From Sphingomonadales bacterium (GTDB lineage: Bacteria > Pseudomonadota > Alphaproteobacteria > Rhodobacterales > Rhodobacteraceae), in assembly GCA_014763785.1 (NCBI GenBank), contig JACXUS010000001.1:1-53389 (forward strand): a stretch of DNA of 53,389 nt, given 5' to 3'. Of the stretch, positions 8,685-17,623 are shown in pieces. Below the pieces are notes generated by a model. The model made no database searches and was not told where the DNA came from. It was given only the letters and a program-made list of their open reading frames with translations. Within the stretch, counting starts at the first letter, position 1, and each line of letters opens with the position of its first letter. Both the position numbers and the translations under genes were made by a program.

Positions 8685-9890
8685 ATGAGCTCTGGCGAGA
8701 CGACCGCGCGCGATCGCGCCCCGATGAAGATCGTCGTGGCCGGTCTGGGCTATGTCGGGCTGTCCAATGCGGTGCTGATCGCGCAGCACAACACGGTCAT
8801 TGCCACGGATATCGACGCCCGGCGGGTAGCGCTGGTCAATGACCGCAAGAGCCCGATCGAGGATGCCGAGCTGGAAACCTATCTGGCGGAAAAGCCGCTC
8901 GATCTGACCGCGACGACCGATGCGGCTGCGGCCTTTGCCGAGGCGGATTTCGTGATCGTCGCGACGCCCACCAACTATGACGAGAAATCGAACTATTTCG
9001 ACACTTCGACCGTGGAATCGGTGATCAAGGCGGTCATCGCCTGCAATCCGCGCGCCACGATCGTGATCAAATCGACGATCCCGGTGGGCTTCGTGGCGAG
9101 CATCCGCGCCGAGCTGAACACCGATCAGGTGATCTTCTCGCCCGAATTCCTGCGCGAGGGGCGCGCGCTTTACGACAACCTGCATCCCTCGCGGATCATC
9201 GTCGGTGAGCAAAGCGAGCGCGCCCGCATCTTTGCCGATCTGCTGCTGCAGGGCGCGGTCAAGAAGGATGTGCCGGTGCTGTTCACCGATGCCAATGAGG
9301 CCGAGGCGATCAAGCTCTTTGCCAACACCTATCTGGCGCTGCGGGTGGCCTATTTCAACGAGCTCGACAGCTATGCGATGGCGGGCGGCATGGATACGCG
9401 CCAGATCATCGAGGGCATCGGCCTCGATCCGCGGATCGGCAGCCATTACAACAACCCCTCCTTCGGCTATGGCGGCTATTGCCTGCCCAAGGACACCAAG
9501 CAGCTGCTCGCCAACTATGAACATGTGCCGCAGAACCTGATCCGCGCGGTGGTCGATGCCAACCGCACCCGCAAGGATTTTCTGGCCGATCAGATCATCG
9601 CCAAGCGGCCCAAGGTCGTGGGCATCTATCGGCTGGTGATGAAGGCGGGCTCGGACAATTTCCGGCATTCCTCGATCCAGGGGATCATGAAGCGGATCAA
9701 GGCCAAGGGCATTCAGGTCATCGTCTATGAGCCCGTGCTGCAGGCCGAGGATTTCTTCGGTTCGCGCGTCGAGCGCGATTTCGAGGCCTTCAAGCGCAGC
9801 TCCGATGTGATCGTGGCCAACCGCGCCACGCCCGATCTGGCCGATGTGGTGGACAAGGTCTTCACCCGCGATCTGTTCGGGCAGGACTGA
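8685..9890 (+). CDS. ugd: UDP-glucose 6-dehydrogenase
   Basis: [28 protein letters not shown], catalytic [10 protein letters not shown]; alternative start at MKIVVAG (8724). Confidence 0.92.
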   Translation: MSSGETTARDRAPMKIVVAGLGYVGLSNAVLIAQHNTVIATDIDARRVALVNDRKSPIEDAELETYLAEKPLDLTATTDAAAAFAEADFVIVATPTNYDEKSNYFDTSTVESVIKAVIACNPRATIVIKSTIPVGFVASIRAELNTDQVIFSPEFLREGRALYDNLHPSRIIVGEQSERARIFADLLLQGAVKKDVPVLFTDANEAEAIKLFANTYLALRVAYFNELDSYAMAGGMDTRQIIEGIGLDPRIGSHYNNPSFGYGGYCLPKDTKQLLANYEHVPQNLIRAVVDANRTRKDFLADQIIAKRPKVVGIYRLVMKAGSDNFRHSSIQGIMKRIKAKGIQVIVYEPVLQAEDFFGSRVERDFEAFKRSSDVIVANRATPDLADVVDKVFTRDLFGQD

Positions 9891-10373
9891 TCAGCGGCCC
9901 CCGCGCTCGCCCGGCAGGGTGGTGCGCAGGGGGGCGCGGCTCAGCTCGTTGTTCGCCTCGGCGATCTTCTGCATCAGCTCCATGAACTGAGCGCGCTCGT
10001 CCACCGACAGCGCGCCCACCATCACATCCTGCGCGCGCCGCACCGCCGGGCGCACGGTGCGCAAAAGCGCCGCGCCGCGGTCCGTGATCCGTAGCCGGCG
10101 GGCGCGGCGGTCGGCCTCGCTCACCGTGCGTTCGATCAGGCCGCGGGTCTCCATCCGGTTGATCACCCCGCCGATCGTCACCCGGTCATAGGCGATCAGC
10201 CCCGCCAGCGTCGCCTGATCGATATCGGGATACTCCTCCAGCATGCTGAGCGCGGCGAACTGCACCGGCGTCAGGTCGAAGCCCGCCGCGGCGACCTCGG
10301 CCGCGAAGGCCGAAACCGAGATCTGATGCATGCGCCGGATCAGGTGGCCCGGCAGCTCGTAGATGGATGTCAT
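9891..10373 (-). CDS. MarR-family regulator, probable regulator of the gentisate cluster
   Basis: PGHLIRR..Q, LTPVQF, DQ.TLA, DRR winged-helix motifs; divergent from gtdA. Confidence 0.9.
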   Translation of the reverse strand: MTSIYELPGHLIRRMHQISVSAFAAEVAAAGFDLTPVQFAALSMLEEYPDIDQATLAGLIAYDRVTIGGVINRMETRGLIERTVSEADRRARRLRITDRGAALLRTVRPAVRRAQDVMVGALSVDERAQFMELMQKIAEANNELSRAPLRTTLPGERGGR

Positions 10374-10379
10374 CCGCCC

Positions 10380-10408
10380 TGCCTAGTCAAAACCGCCACC
10401 TCAGGCAA
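10380..10408 (-). promoter_or_regulatory. Sigma70-like promoter giving a probable leaderless marR mRNA
   Basis: TTGCCT-N17-TAGGCA ending 6 nt before the ATG; no clear SD. Confidence 0.45.
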
Positions 10409-10436
10409 GCCGCCGGGGCGTGCGCGCAAAAGATAG

Positions 10437-10492
10437 GATGCATGCGCATCATTTATTGAAACGCATACTAACAATAAGCATGATACCGATTA
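10437..10492. promoter_or_regulatory. Candidate MarR operator / gtdA promoter
   Basis: AT-rich island with near-palindrome GATGCATGCGCATC and related repeats GCATACTAAC (10463) and GCATGATACC (10478). Confidence 0.5.
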
Positions 10493-10519
10493 ACGCGAGT
10501 CGCTTTAGGGGGGAGTGAC

Positions 10520-11596
10520 ATGGAAAATGCCATGATGCCGGAGGACACTCCGGCCCTGCGCCAGCTTTACGCAGATTTCAAAACCCAGCACCTGAACCCG
10601 CTCTGGACCCAACTCGGCGATCTGATGCCGCGCCATCCGCGCCCCAAGGCGCTGGCGCATGTCTGGAAATGGGCCGATCTCTATCCGCTGGCGCAGGCCT
10701 CGGGCGAGTTGGTGCCGGTGGGCCGCGGCGGCGAGCGGCGCGCGATTGGCCTTGCGAACCCGGGTCTCGGCGGCGAGGCCTATATCTCGCCCACGCTCTG
10801 GTGCGCGATCCAGTATCTCGGGCCGAAGGAAACCGCGCCGGAGCATCGCCATTCGCAGAACGCCTTCCGCTTCGTGGTCGAGGGCGAGGGCGTCTGGACC
10901 GTGGTCAACGGCGATCCGGTGCGGATGAGCCGCGGCGATTTCCTGCTGACCCCCGGCTGGAACTTTCACGGCCACCACAACGAGACCGATCAGCCAATGG
11001 CCTGGATCGACGGGCTCGATATCCCGTTCAGCTATCAGAACGATGTCGGCTTCTTCGAATTCGGCTCGGATCGGGTGACCGATTACGCCACGCCGAACTA
11101 TTCGCGCGGCGAGCGGCTCTGGTGCCACCCCGGCCTGCGGACGCTGTCGCAGCTGCAAAATACCGTGTCTTCGCCGATCGGCGCCTATCGGTGGGAGTAT
11201 ACCGATGCCGCGCTGACCCAGCAGCTGTTGCTCGAGGAAGAGGGCTATCCCGCGACCGTCGAGCAGGGGCACGCGGCGATCCGCTATGTGAACCCGACGA
11301 CCGGCGGCGATGTCATGCCGACGATCCGGGCCGAGTTCCACCGCCTGCGCGCGGGCTGTGAAACGCCGACCCGGCGCGAGGTCGGCTCGACCGTGTTTCA
11401 GGTCTTCGAGGGCCGCGGCGCGGTCGTTATGGGTGGCGTGACCCATGAGGTCGACAAGGGCGATATCTTCGTCATCCCCTCGTGGATCCCGTGGTCGCTG
11501 CAGGCGGAAACGCAATTCGACCTGTTCCGCTTCTCGGATGCGCCGATCATGGAGCGGCTGCATTTCGACCGCACCCTGGTCGAAGAGCCGAAATGA
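10520..11596 (+). CDS. gtdA: Gentisate 1,2-dioxygenase (bicupin)
   Basis: GERRA..LANPG; Fe ligands in EHRHSQ and FHGH; WIDGLD.P; resembles the Pseudaminobacter/Corynebacterium clade. Confidence 0.93.
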   Translation: MENAMMPEDTPALRQLYADFKTQHLNPLWTQLGDLMPRHPRPKALAHVWKWADLYPLAQASGELVPVGRGGERRAIGLANPGLGGEAYISPTLWCAIQYLGPKETAPEHRHSQNAFRFVVEGEGVWTVVNGDPVRMSRGDFLLTPGWNFHGHHNETDQPMAWIDGLDIPFSYQNDVGFFEFGSDRVTDYATPNYSRGERLWCHPGLRTLSQLQNTVSSPIGAYRWEYTDAALTQQLLLEEEGYPATVEQGHAAIRYVNPTTGGDVMPTIRAEFHRLRAGCETPTRREVGSTVFQVFEGRGAVVMGGVTHEVDKGDIFVIPSWIPWSLQAETQFDLFRFSDAPIMERLHFDRTLVEEPK

Positions 11597-12156
11597 GCAC
11601 GCTCGATCAGGCCCGCGAGGCTCTGCGCGCAAAACAGGGGGCGGGGGCGCGCTATGATGCCCCCGAGGCCCCGGCGCGCGCGCTGGCGCTGGCCCGCTCC
11701 GGCACGGCCTATTTCGCGCGCAAGCTCAATGAGCTGAGCGATGCCGCGCTCTATGCTCCCTCGGCGGTTCCCGGCTGGACCCGGGCGCATGTGATCTGCG
11801 ATGTGGCCTATCAGGCGCGTGCGCTCGCGCGGCAGGCCGAGGCGGCAACAGCAGGCAACACAATCCCGCCGATGCAAGAGGGCGACTGGGCCGCGCTTGA
11901 GGATCTCGATCTGGGCGCGACCCTGCCGCCGCGCGGCCTGCGCCACCTGTTCGAGCATTCGGCGGTGCATCTCGATGTGGTCTGGCGCGATCTGCCGGGC
12001 CCCGCTTGGGACCTGCCAGCCCCCGATACCGCAGGCCAGCCCCGCCCGATCCGCGCCGCCGCGATGGATCGCGCCCGCAGGCTCTGGCGGGGGGCGCTCG
12101 ATCTGGGCAATGGTGCGCGGATCCGCGACCTGCCGCCCGAACTGCGCGATCACTGA
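11593..12156 (+). CDS. Maleylpyruvate isomerase (MDMPI/DinB superfamily) N-domain homolog with degenerate metal site
   Basis: LAR.GT.YF.R.L, GWTRAHV, GATL....LR.LFEHS...LDV.WR, ALDLG match the MDMPI fold; ATGA-coupled to gtdA. Confidence 0.8.
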   Translation: MSTLDQAREALRAKQGAGARYDAPEAPARALALARSGTAYFARKLNELSDAALYAPSAVPGWTRAHVICDVAYQARALARQAEAATAGNTIPPMQEGDWAALEDLDLGATLPPRGLRHLFEHSAVHLDVVWRDLPGPAWDLPAPDTAGQPRPIRAAAMDRARRLWRGALDLGNGARIRDLPPELRDH

Positions 12157-12188
12157 CGCGCAAGACTTTGGATTAGAAGGAAACGACG

Positions 12189-12884
12189 ATGACCAACCTG
12201 TTCCCCTCGCCCGCATGGCCGACCGTCCCCGTTCTGGGTGAGGCCGCCGCCTATCCGGTGCATCGCATCTTCTGCGTCGGCCGCAACTATGCCGCGCATG
12301 CCGCCGAGATGGGCGTCGAGGTCGACCGCGAGGCGCCGTTCTATTTCACCAAATCGGCCCTGATGACCGAGCAGACCGGGGCGACCGTGCCCTATCCGCC
12401 GGGCACCGAGAATTTCCACTATGAGATGGAGCTGGTGATCGCGATCGGCGCGCCGGTGTTCAAGGCCGATCTGGAAACGGCGAAGGTCGCGATCTATGGC
12501 TATGGCTGCGGTCTCGACATGACGCGGCGCGATCTGCAGCTGGCCGCGCGCGCCAAGCAGCGCCCGTGGGATCTGGGCAAGGATGTCGAGCAATCGGCCG
12601 TCTTCGCGCCGATCACCAAGGCCGCCGATTTCGCCGCCATCGGCCCGCAGCGGATCCATCTGGAGGTGAACGGCGAGGTCCGTCAGGACGCCAAGCTGGA
12701 AGACCTGATCTGGAAGGTTGAGGAAATCGTCAGCCACCTGTCGCATTACTATCACCTCGCCCCGGGCGATCTGATCATGACCGGCACGCCCGCGGGCGTC
12801 GGCGCCGTGGTCGCGGGCGATGTGATCACCGGCGGCATCGACGGGCTCGCGCCCGTTGCGCTGACCATCGGGGCGGCGGAATGA
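12189..12884 (+). CDS. Fumarylpyruvate hydrolase (FAH family)
   Basis: CVGRNYAAHA.EMG, FTK, HYE.EL, DMTRRDLQ, TGTPAGVG. Confidence 0.88.
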   Translation: MTNLFPSPAWPTVPVLGEAAAYPVHRIFCVGRNYAAHAAEMGVEVDREAPFYFTKSALMTEQTGATVPYPPGTENFHYEMELVIAIGAPVFKADLETAKVAIYGYGCGLDMTRRDLQLAARAKQRPWDLGKDVEQSAVFAPITKAADFAAIGPQRIHLEVNGEVRQDAKLEDLIWKVEEIVSHLSHYYHLAPGDLIMTGTPAGVGAVVAGDVITGGIDGLAPVALTIGAAE

Positions 12885-13528
12885 TCCGTTTCCACGGATA
12901 TTTCCGGTCGTCGAGCGCCTATCGCTGCCGGATTGCCTTCAATCTGAAGGGGACCCCGACGGACTTCGTCTCGGTCCACCTGCGCAAGGATGGCGGGCAG
13001 CAAAAGACGCCCGCCTATCGCGCGCTCAATCCGCAGGCGCTGGTGCCCGCGCTGGAGGAGGGCGATTTCCGCCTGACCCAGTCGCTCGCGATCATCGAAT
13101 GGCTCGATGAGACGCAGCCGGGGCCGAAACTGTTGCCCGCGGACGCCAATCTGCGCGCGCAGGTGCGGGCCTTTGCGCAGGTGATCGCCTGTGATGTGCA
13201 TCCGCTGCAGAACCTGCGCGTGCTGGATTGCCTCAAGGCTGAATTCGGCGCCGATCAGGCGGCCCTTGATGCCTGGTGCGGGCGCTGGATCACCGAGGGC
13301 CTGGCGGCCTGCGAGGCGCTGCTGGCCGCCAGGCTCGCCACGCCCTTCTGCTTTGGCGAAGCCCCCGGCCTTGCCGATATCTGCCTGATCCCGCAGGTGT
13401 TTTCCGCGGCGCGCTTCGGCGTGTCGCTGGCGGATATGCCGCGGCTCCGGGCGATTGCCGAAACCTGCAACGCGCTGCCGGCCTTTGCCGCGGCGCATCC
13501 GAAAAACCAACCCGACTGGGAGGCCTGA
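12881..13528 (+). CDS. maiA: Glutathione-dependent maleylpyruvate/maleylacetoacetate isomerase (GST zeta)
   Basis: YFRSSSAYRCRIA.NLKG, LNPQ.LVP, QSLAIIEWL, CDVHPLQNLRVL, AHP.NQPD. Confidence 0.92.
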   Translation: MIRFHGYFRSSSAYRCRIAFNLKGTPTDFVSVHLRKDGGQQKTPAYRALNPQALVPALEEGDFRLTQSLAIIEWLDETQPGPKLLPADANLRAQVRAFAQVIACDVHPLQNLRVLDCLKAEFGADQAALDAWCGRWITEGLAACEALLAARLATPFCFGEAPGLADICLIPQVFSAARFGVSLADMPRLRAIAETCNALPAFAAAHPKNQPDWEA

Positions 13529-13576
13529 GGGAGGGCCGACCAACCGGGGGATCGTCATGCATAGGGAGGATACGCC

Positions 13577-14563
13577 ATGACATTCGCCAAATTCACCACC
13601 ACCGCCCTGAGGGGTGCGGCTGCGGCGCTGCTGATGGCCGCGAGCGCCGAGGCGCGCGAACTGCGCATGGGCGTGATCACGCCGCCGAGCCATGTCTGGA
13701 CCAAGGTTGCGAACCGCATCGCCGAGAAGCTGCCCGAGGCCACCGGCGGCGCGCTGAGCGTGGCGGTCTTCCCGGCCGGGCAGCTTGGTTCGGAACAGGA
13801 GATGTTCCAGCAGATGTCGACCGGCCTGCTGGATGCCGGTCTGATGACCGCGGCGATCACCTCGCTCCGCGCGCCCTCGCTGCAGGGCTGGCTCACGCCC
13901 TATCTGTTCGACGGCGTCGAGGATGCGATCAGCGCGGCCGACACCCCGGCCGCGGGCGAGATGCTGAAAGAGCTCGACGCTGCGGGCCTGCATGGCATGG
14001 GCTATACCTTCGCCGGCATGCGCCACATCCTGATGAAGGACGCGCCCGTCACCACGCCCGAGGCGCTGGCCAACAAGAAGATCCGCATCGTGCCCTTCCC
14101 GGCGATGAAGACCTGGTGGGGCGCGATCGGCGCAGTGCCGACGCCGGTCAACCTGACCGAGGTCTATCAGGCGCTGCAGACCGGGCTGCTCGACGGCATC
14201 GACATCGACCTCGATGCGCTGGTGGGCAACAAATACAACGAGGTGGCCAAGGGCCTGACGATCACCAACCACATGCCCTTCCCCTCGGTGATGATCGTGT
14301 CGGACATGACCTGGTCGGGGCTGTCGGCCGACGAACAGGCGGCGTTCCAGAGCGTTGTCGATGAGGCGCTCGCCTAGGGCTCGGCGCAGCAGATCGAGGC
14401 CGAGAAGGCCAATCTGGCGACGCTGCAAGCGCAGATTTCCGTGACCACGCTGGAGAACGGCAAAGAGGTCTTCGCCGCGGCCAATGAGGCGGTGCAGGCA
14501 AGCTTCGCCGCCTATCCGCTGATCGCGCAATTCCAGGCCGAAGTCGCGGAGCAGTCCAAGTGA
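13577..14563 (+). pseudogene. dctP: TRAP transporter substrate-binding protein DctP interrupted by an in-frame TAG at 14375-14377
   Basis: Signal peptide, FPAGQLG.E, G.RH, KIR, EVYQALQTG..DG; the frame stays open after the TAG to a TGA at 14561-14563 that overlaps the dctQ start. Confidence 0.85.
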
Positions 14564-15054
14564 CATGGCTTCCCACCCTTTCCGGGTGGCTGGTCCGGCT
14601 GGAACGCTGGGCCAGCCGGGCCCTTGTGGTCGGCTTCGTCGGGCTGATCGTGGTCAATGTGGCGATGCGCTATCTGGCGGGTCGCCCGATTGTCTATGCC
14701 GAGGATCTGGCGGCGATCCTGCTGGTGTGGCTGGCGCTGGTCGCGGTGTCGATCTCGATCCATGACAAGGCGCAGATCGGCGTCACGCTGGTCTCGGACG
14801 CGCTGCCCGCGGGGGCGCGGCGGGGGCTCGATATCGTCGTCTGGGCGCTGATCGCGGCGATGCTGGCCCTGCTGTTGCGCCAAGGCGTGATCTGGGTGCG
14901 CTCGCCCGTGGTGGCGTTTGAACAGATCATCACCACCGGCTGGGCCAAGGCGCCCTTCTTCACCATCGTTCCGATCTTCTGCGCCACCGCGCTTGTGCAT
15001 GCGCTGGGGCATCTGAGCACCGCCATCGCCGCCCTGCGGGAGCATCTCAAATGA
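14560..15054 (+). CDS. dctQ: TRAP transporter small permease
   Basis: Four TM segments, NV.MRY, AEDLA; GTG start; lies between dctP and dctM. Confidence 0.85.
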   Translation: MTWLPTLSGWLVRLERWASRALVVGFVGLIVVNVAMRYLAGRPIVYAEDLAAILLVWLALVAVSISIHDKAQIGVTLVSDALPAGARRGLDIVVWALIAAMLALLLRQGVIWVRSPVVAFEQIITTGWAKAPFFTIVPIFCATALVHALGHLSTAIAALREHLK

Positions 15055-16313
15055 CCGGGCTTTCCTTTCTTGCGCTGATGCTGACGGGCATGCCGGTGGC
15101 CTTCGTGCTGATCGGCGCGACGCTGGTGTTTCTGTTCTTTGCCGACCGGATGCAGCTGATTTCGGCGATCCCGCAGATCGCCTTTGGTTCAGTCGAGAAC
15201 TTCGATCTGCTGGCGATTCCGCTCTTTGTCCTGCTGGGCGAGATCATGAATGAAAGCGGCCTGACGCGGCGGATCATCATCGCGGTGCGGGTCTGGCTGA
15301 CGCGGATGCCGCATAATCTGGTGATCGTGAACCTGATCTCGAACCTTGCGCTGGCCGCGATCATGGGCTCGGCCACCGCGCAGATGGCGGTGATGAGCCG
15401 CGTCGTGGTGCCCGAGATGGAAAAGGACGGCTACAGCCGCGGCTATGCCGCCGGCCTGACCGCCGCCGCGGGGCTCTTGGGCCCGATCATCCCGCCCTCG
15501 ATGATGTTCATCATCTTCGGGGTCATCGCGCAGGTCTCGATTGCCGACATGTTCACCGCGGGCATCGTGCCGGGCATTGTTCTCTTCGTGCTGATCCTGA
15601 CGCTGGCGCTGGTGCAGGCCAAGCGCAACCACACACCCGCCCCGGGCGGCTCGACCCTGCCGACCGGCTCGCGGATCAAGGCCACCCTGCCCGGCCTTGC
15701 CACGATGGCGATTCCGGCGGTGATCGTGGGCGGCATTTCCTTTGGCGTCTTCACGCCCACCGAAAGCGCCGCCGCCGCGATCGTCGTGGCGCTGATCTTC
15801 GGGGCGGTGGTGTTTCGCGAGCTGCCCCTGCGGTCGCTGCCGCGGATCATCGACCGCACGGTGACGAACTCGGCGGTGGTGCTCTTCCTGATCCTCGCCG
15901 CGAAGATCTTCGGCTGGGTGCTGACCTTCAATCAGGTGCCGCAGCATGTCGCCGATTTCATCGTCTCGCTGACCGACAATCCGACGCTCTTCATGATCCT
16001 GATCGTGATCTTCCTGTCCTTCGTCGGCATGTTTCTGGACGGCATCGCCGCGCTGATCATCCTGACGCCGATCCTGTTGCCGGTGGCGACCGCGCAATAT
16101 GGCATCGACCCGATCCAGTTCGGCGTGGTGATGGCGCTGACGCTGATCCTCGGGCTGCTGACGCCGCCGGTGGGCACCGGGCTTTATATCGCGGCGGCGC
16201 TGTCGAACGTGTCGATCCTGCGGCTCTCGAAACTGCTTCTGCCCTATGTGGTGGCGACGCTCGCCGTCATCCTCATGGTGGTGTTCCTGCCCTGGACGGT
16301 GCACCCCTTCTGA
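15051..16313 (+). CDS. dctM: TRAP transporter large permease
   Basis: LLAIPLF, GSATA, GPIIPPS, TPTES, GIDPIQFG, TPPVG. Confidence 0.92.
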   Translation: MTGLSFLALMLTGMPVAFVLIGATLVFLFFADRMQLISAIPQIAFGSVENFDLLAIPLFVLLGEIMNESGLTRRIIIAVRVWLTRMPHNLVIVNLISNLALAAIMGSATAQMAVMSRVVVPEMEKDGYSRGYAAGLTAAAGLLGPIIPPSMMFIIFGVIAQVSIADMFTAGIVPGIVLFVLILTLALVQAKRNHTPAPGGSTLPTGSRIKATLPGLATMAIPAVIVGGISFGVFTPTESAAAAIVVALIFGAVVFRELPLRSLPRIIDRTVTNSAVVLFLILAAKIFGWVLTFNQVPQHVADFIVSLTDNPTLFMILIVIFLSFVGMFLDGIAALIILTPILLPVATAQYGIDPIQFGVVMALTLILGLLTPPVGTGLYIAAALSNVSILRLSKLLLPYVVATLAVILMVVFLPWTVHPF

Positions 16314-16381
16314 GGCGCCCGCCCGTTCCCGATAACCCTGATCCGGCCCGACCGCTTTCGGGCCAACGGAGGAGATTTGCC

Positions 16382-17593
16382 ATGTCCCAAGACCTTCCCA
16401 TCCTGATCGCCGGCGGCGGTATCGGCGGGCTCGCCACCGCGATCGGCCTCGCGCAGAAGGGCATCCGCTCGCTGGTGCTCGAACGCGCGCCCGAGCTTGG
16501 CGAGATCGGCGCGGGCATTCAGCTCGGCCCCAACGCCTTCCATGCCTTCGACTATCTGGGTGTCGGCGATCAGGCGCGCGCGATGGCGGTCTATATCGAC
16601 AATCTGCGGCTGATGGATGCGATCGCGGGCACCGAAATCACCCGCATTCCGCTGGATGATGCCTTCCGCGCGCGGTTCAAGAACCCCTATGCGGTGATCC
16701 ATCGCGGCGATCTGCATGGCGTGTTCCTCAAGGCCTGTATCGATCATCCGCTGGTTGCGCTGCTCACCTCCTCCGAGGTGGCCGATTACGAACAGGACGG
16801 CTCGAGCGTCACCGCGATCCTCGCCAGCGGCGAGCAGATCAAGGGGCGGCTCCTGATCGGCGCCGATGGGCTCTGGTCGAATATCCGCAAGCGGGTGGTC
16901 GGCGATGGCGCGCCGCGCGTGTCGGGCCATACCACCTATCGTTCGGTGATCCCGACCGAGGAGATGCCCGAGGATCTGCGCTGGAATGCCGCCACGCTCT
17001 GGGCCGGGCCGAAATGCCATGTCGTGCATTACCCGCTCAAGGGCTGGAAGATGTTCAACCTTGTCGTGACCTATCACAACGACGCGCCCTCGCCCGAGGC
17101 GGGCGTCAGCGTGACCCATGAAGAGGTCAAGAAGGGCTTCGAGCATGTCGCGCCGGTCGCGCGTCAGATCATCGACCGCGGCCAGAACTGGAAGCGCTGG
17201 GTGCTGTGTGACCGCGATCCGGTGGACAACTGGGTCGATGGGCGGGTGGCGCTGCTGGGCGATGCGGCGCATCCGATGCTGCAATATTTCGCGCAGGGCG
17301 CCTGCATGGCGATGGAGGATGCCGTGGCGCTGGCGCATTGTCTGGACACCCGCGCCGATCATGAGGCGGCCTTTGCCGACTATCAGGACCTGCGCCGTCT
17401 GCGCACGGCGCGGGTGCAGCTGCAATCGCGCGAGATTGGCCAGCATGTCTATCACCCGGCGGGCGCGCATGCCGAGTTGCGCAACGCGGTGATGAGCGCG
17501 AAATCGCCCGAGAACTGGTATGATATCGTCGATTGGCTCTATGGCTCGACGGGTCTCGAAGGCGCGGTTTCGGCCGAGACGCATAAGGCCTGA
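16382..17593 (+). CDS. 3-hydroxybenzoate 6-monooxygenase (FAD-dependent, yields gentisate)
   Basis: GGGIGG, EIGAGIQLGPNA, IHRGDLH, GADG, HVVHYP, GDAAHPMLQY.AQGACMA.ED, YHP.G; operon context. Confidence 0.88.
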   Translation: MSQDLPILIAGGGIGGLATAIGLAQKGIRSLVLERAPELGEIGAGIQLGPNAFHAFDYLGVGDQARAMAVYIDNLRLMDAIAGTEITRIPLDDAFRARFKNPYAVIHRGDLHGVFLKACIDHPLVALLTSSEVADYEQDGSSVTAILASGEQIKGRLLIGADGLWSNIRKRVVGDGAPRVSGHTTYRSVIPTEEMPEDLRWNAATLWAGPKCHVVHYPLKGWKMFNLVVTYHNDAPSPEAGVSVTHEEVKKGFEHVAPVARQIIDRGQNWKRWVLCDRDPVDNWVDGRVALLGDAAHPMLQYFAQGACMAMEDAVALAHCLDTRADHEAAFADYQDLRRLRTARVQLQSREIGQHVYHPAGAHAELRNAVMSAKSPENWYDIVDWLYGSTGLEGAVSAETHKA

Positions 17594-17623
17594 TTCCGCC
17601 GCAACAGGGTCGAAAGCCGCGCG

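Noticed and set aside
14375-14377. Pyrrolysine or programmed recoding of the dctP TAG
   Set aside because: No pyl genes or recoding signal in view; a nonsense mutation or error is simpler
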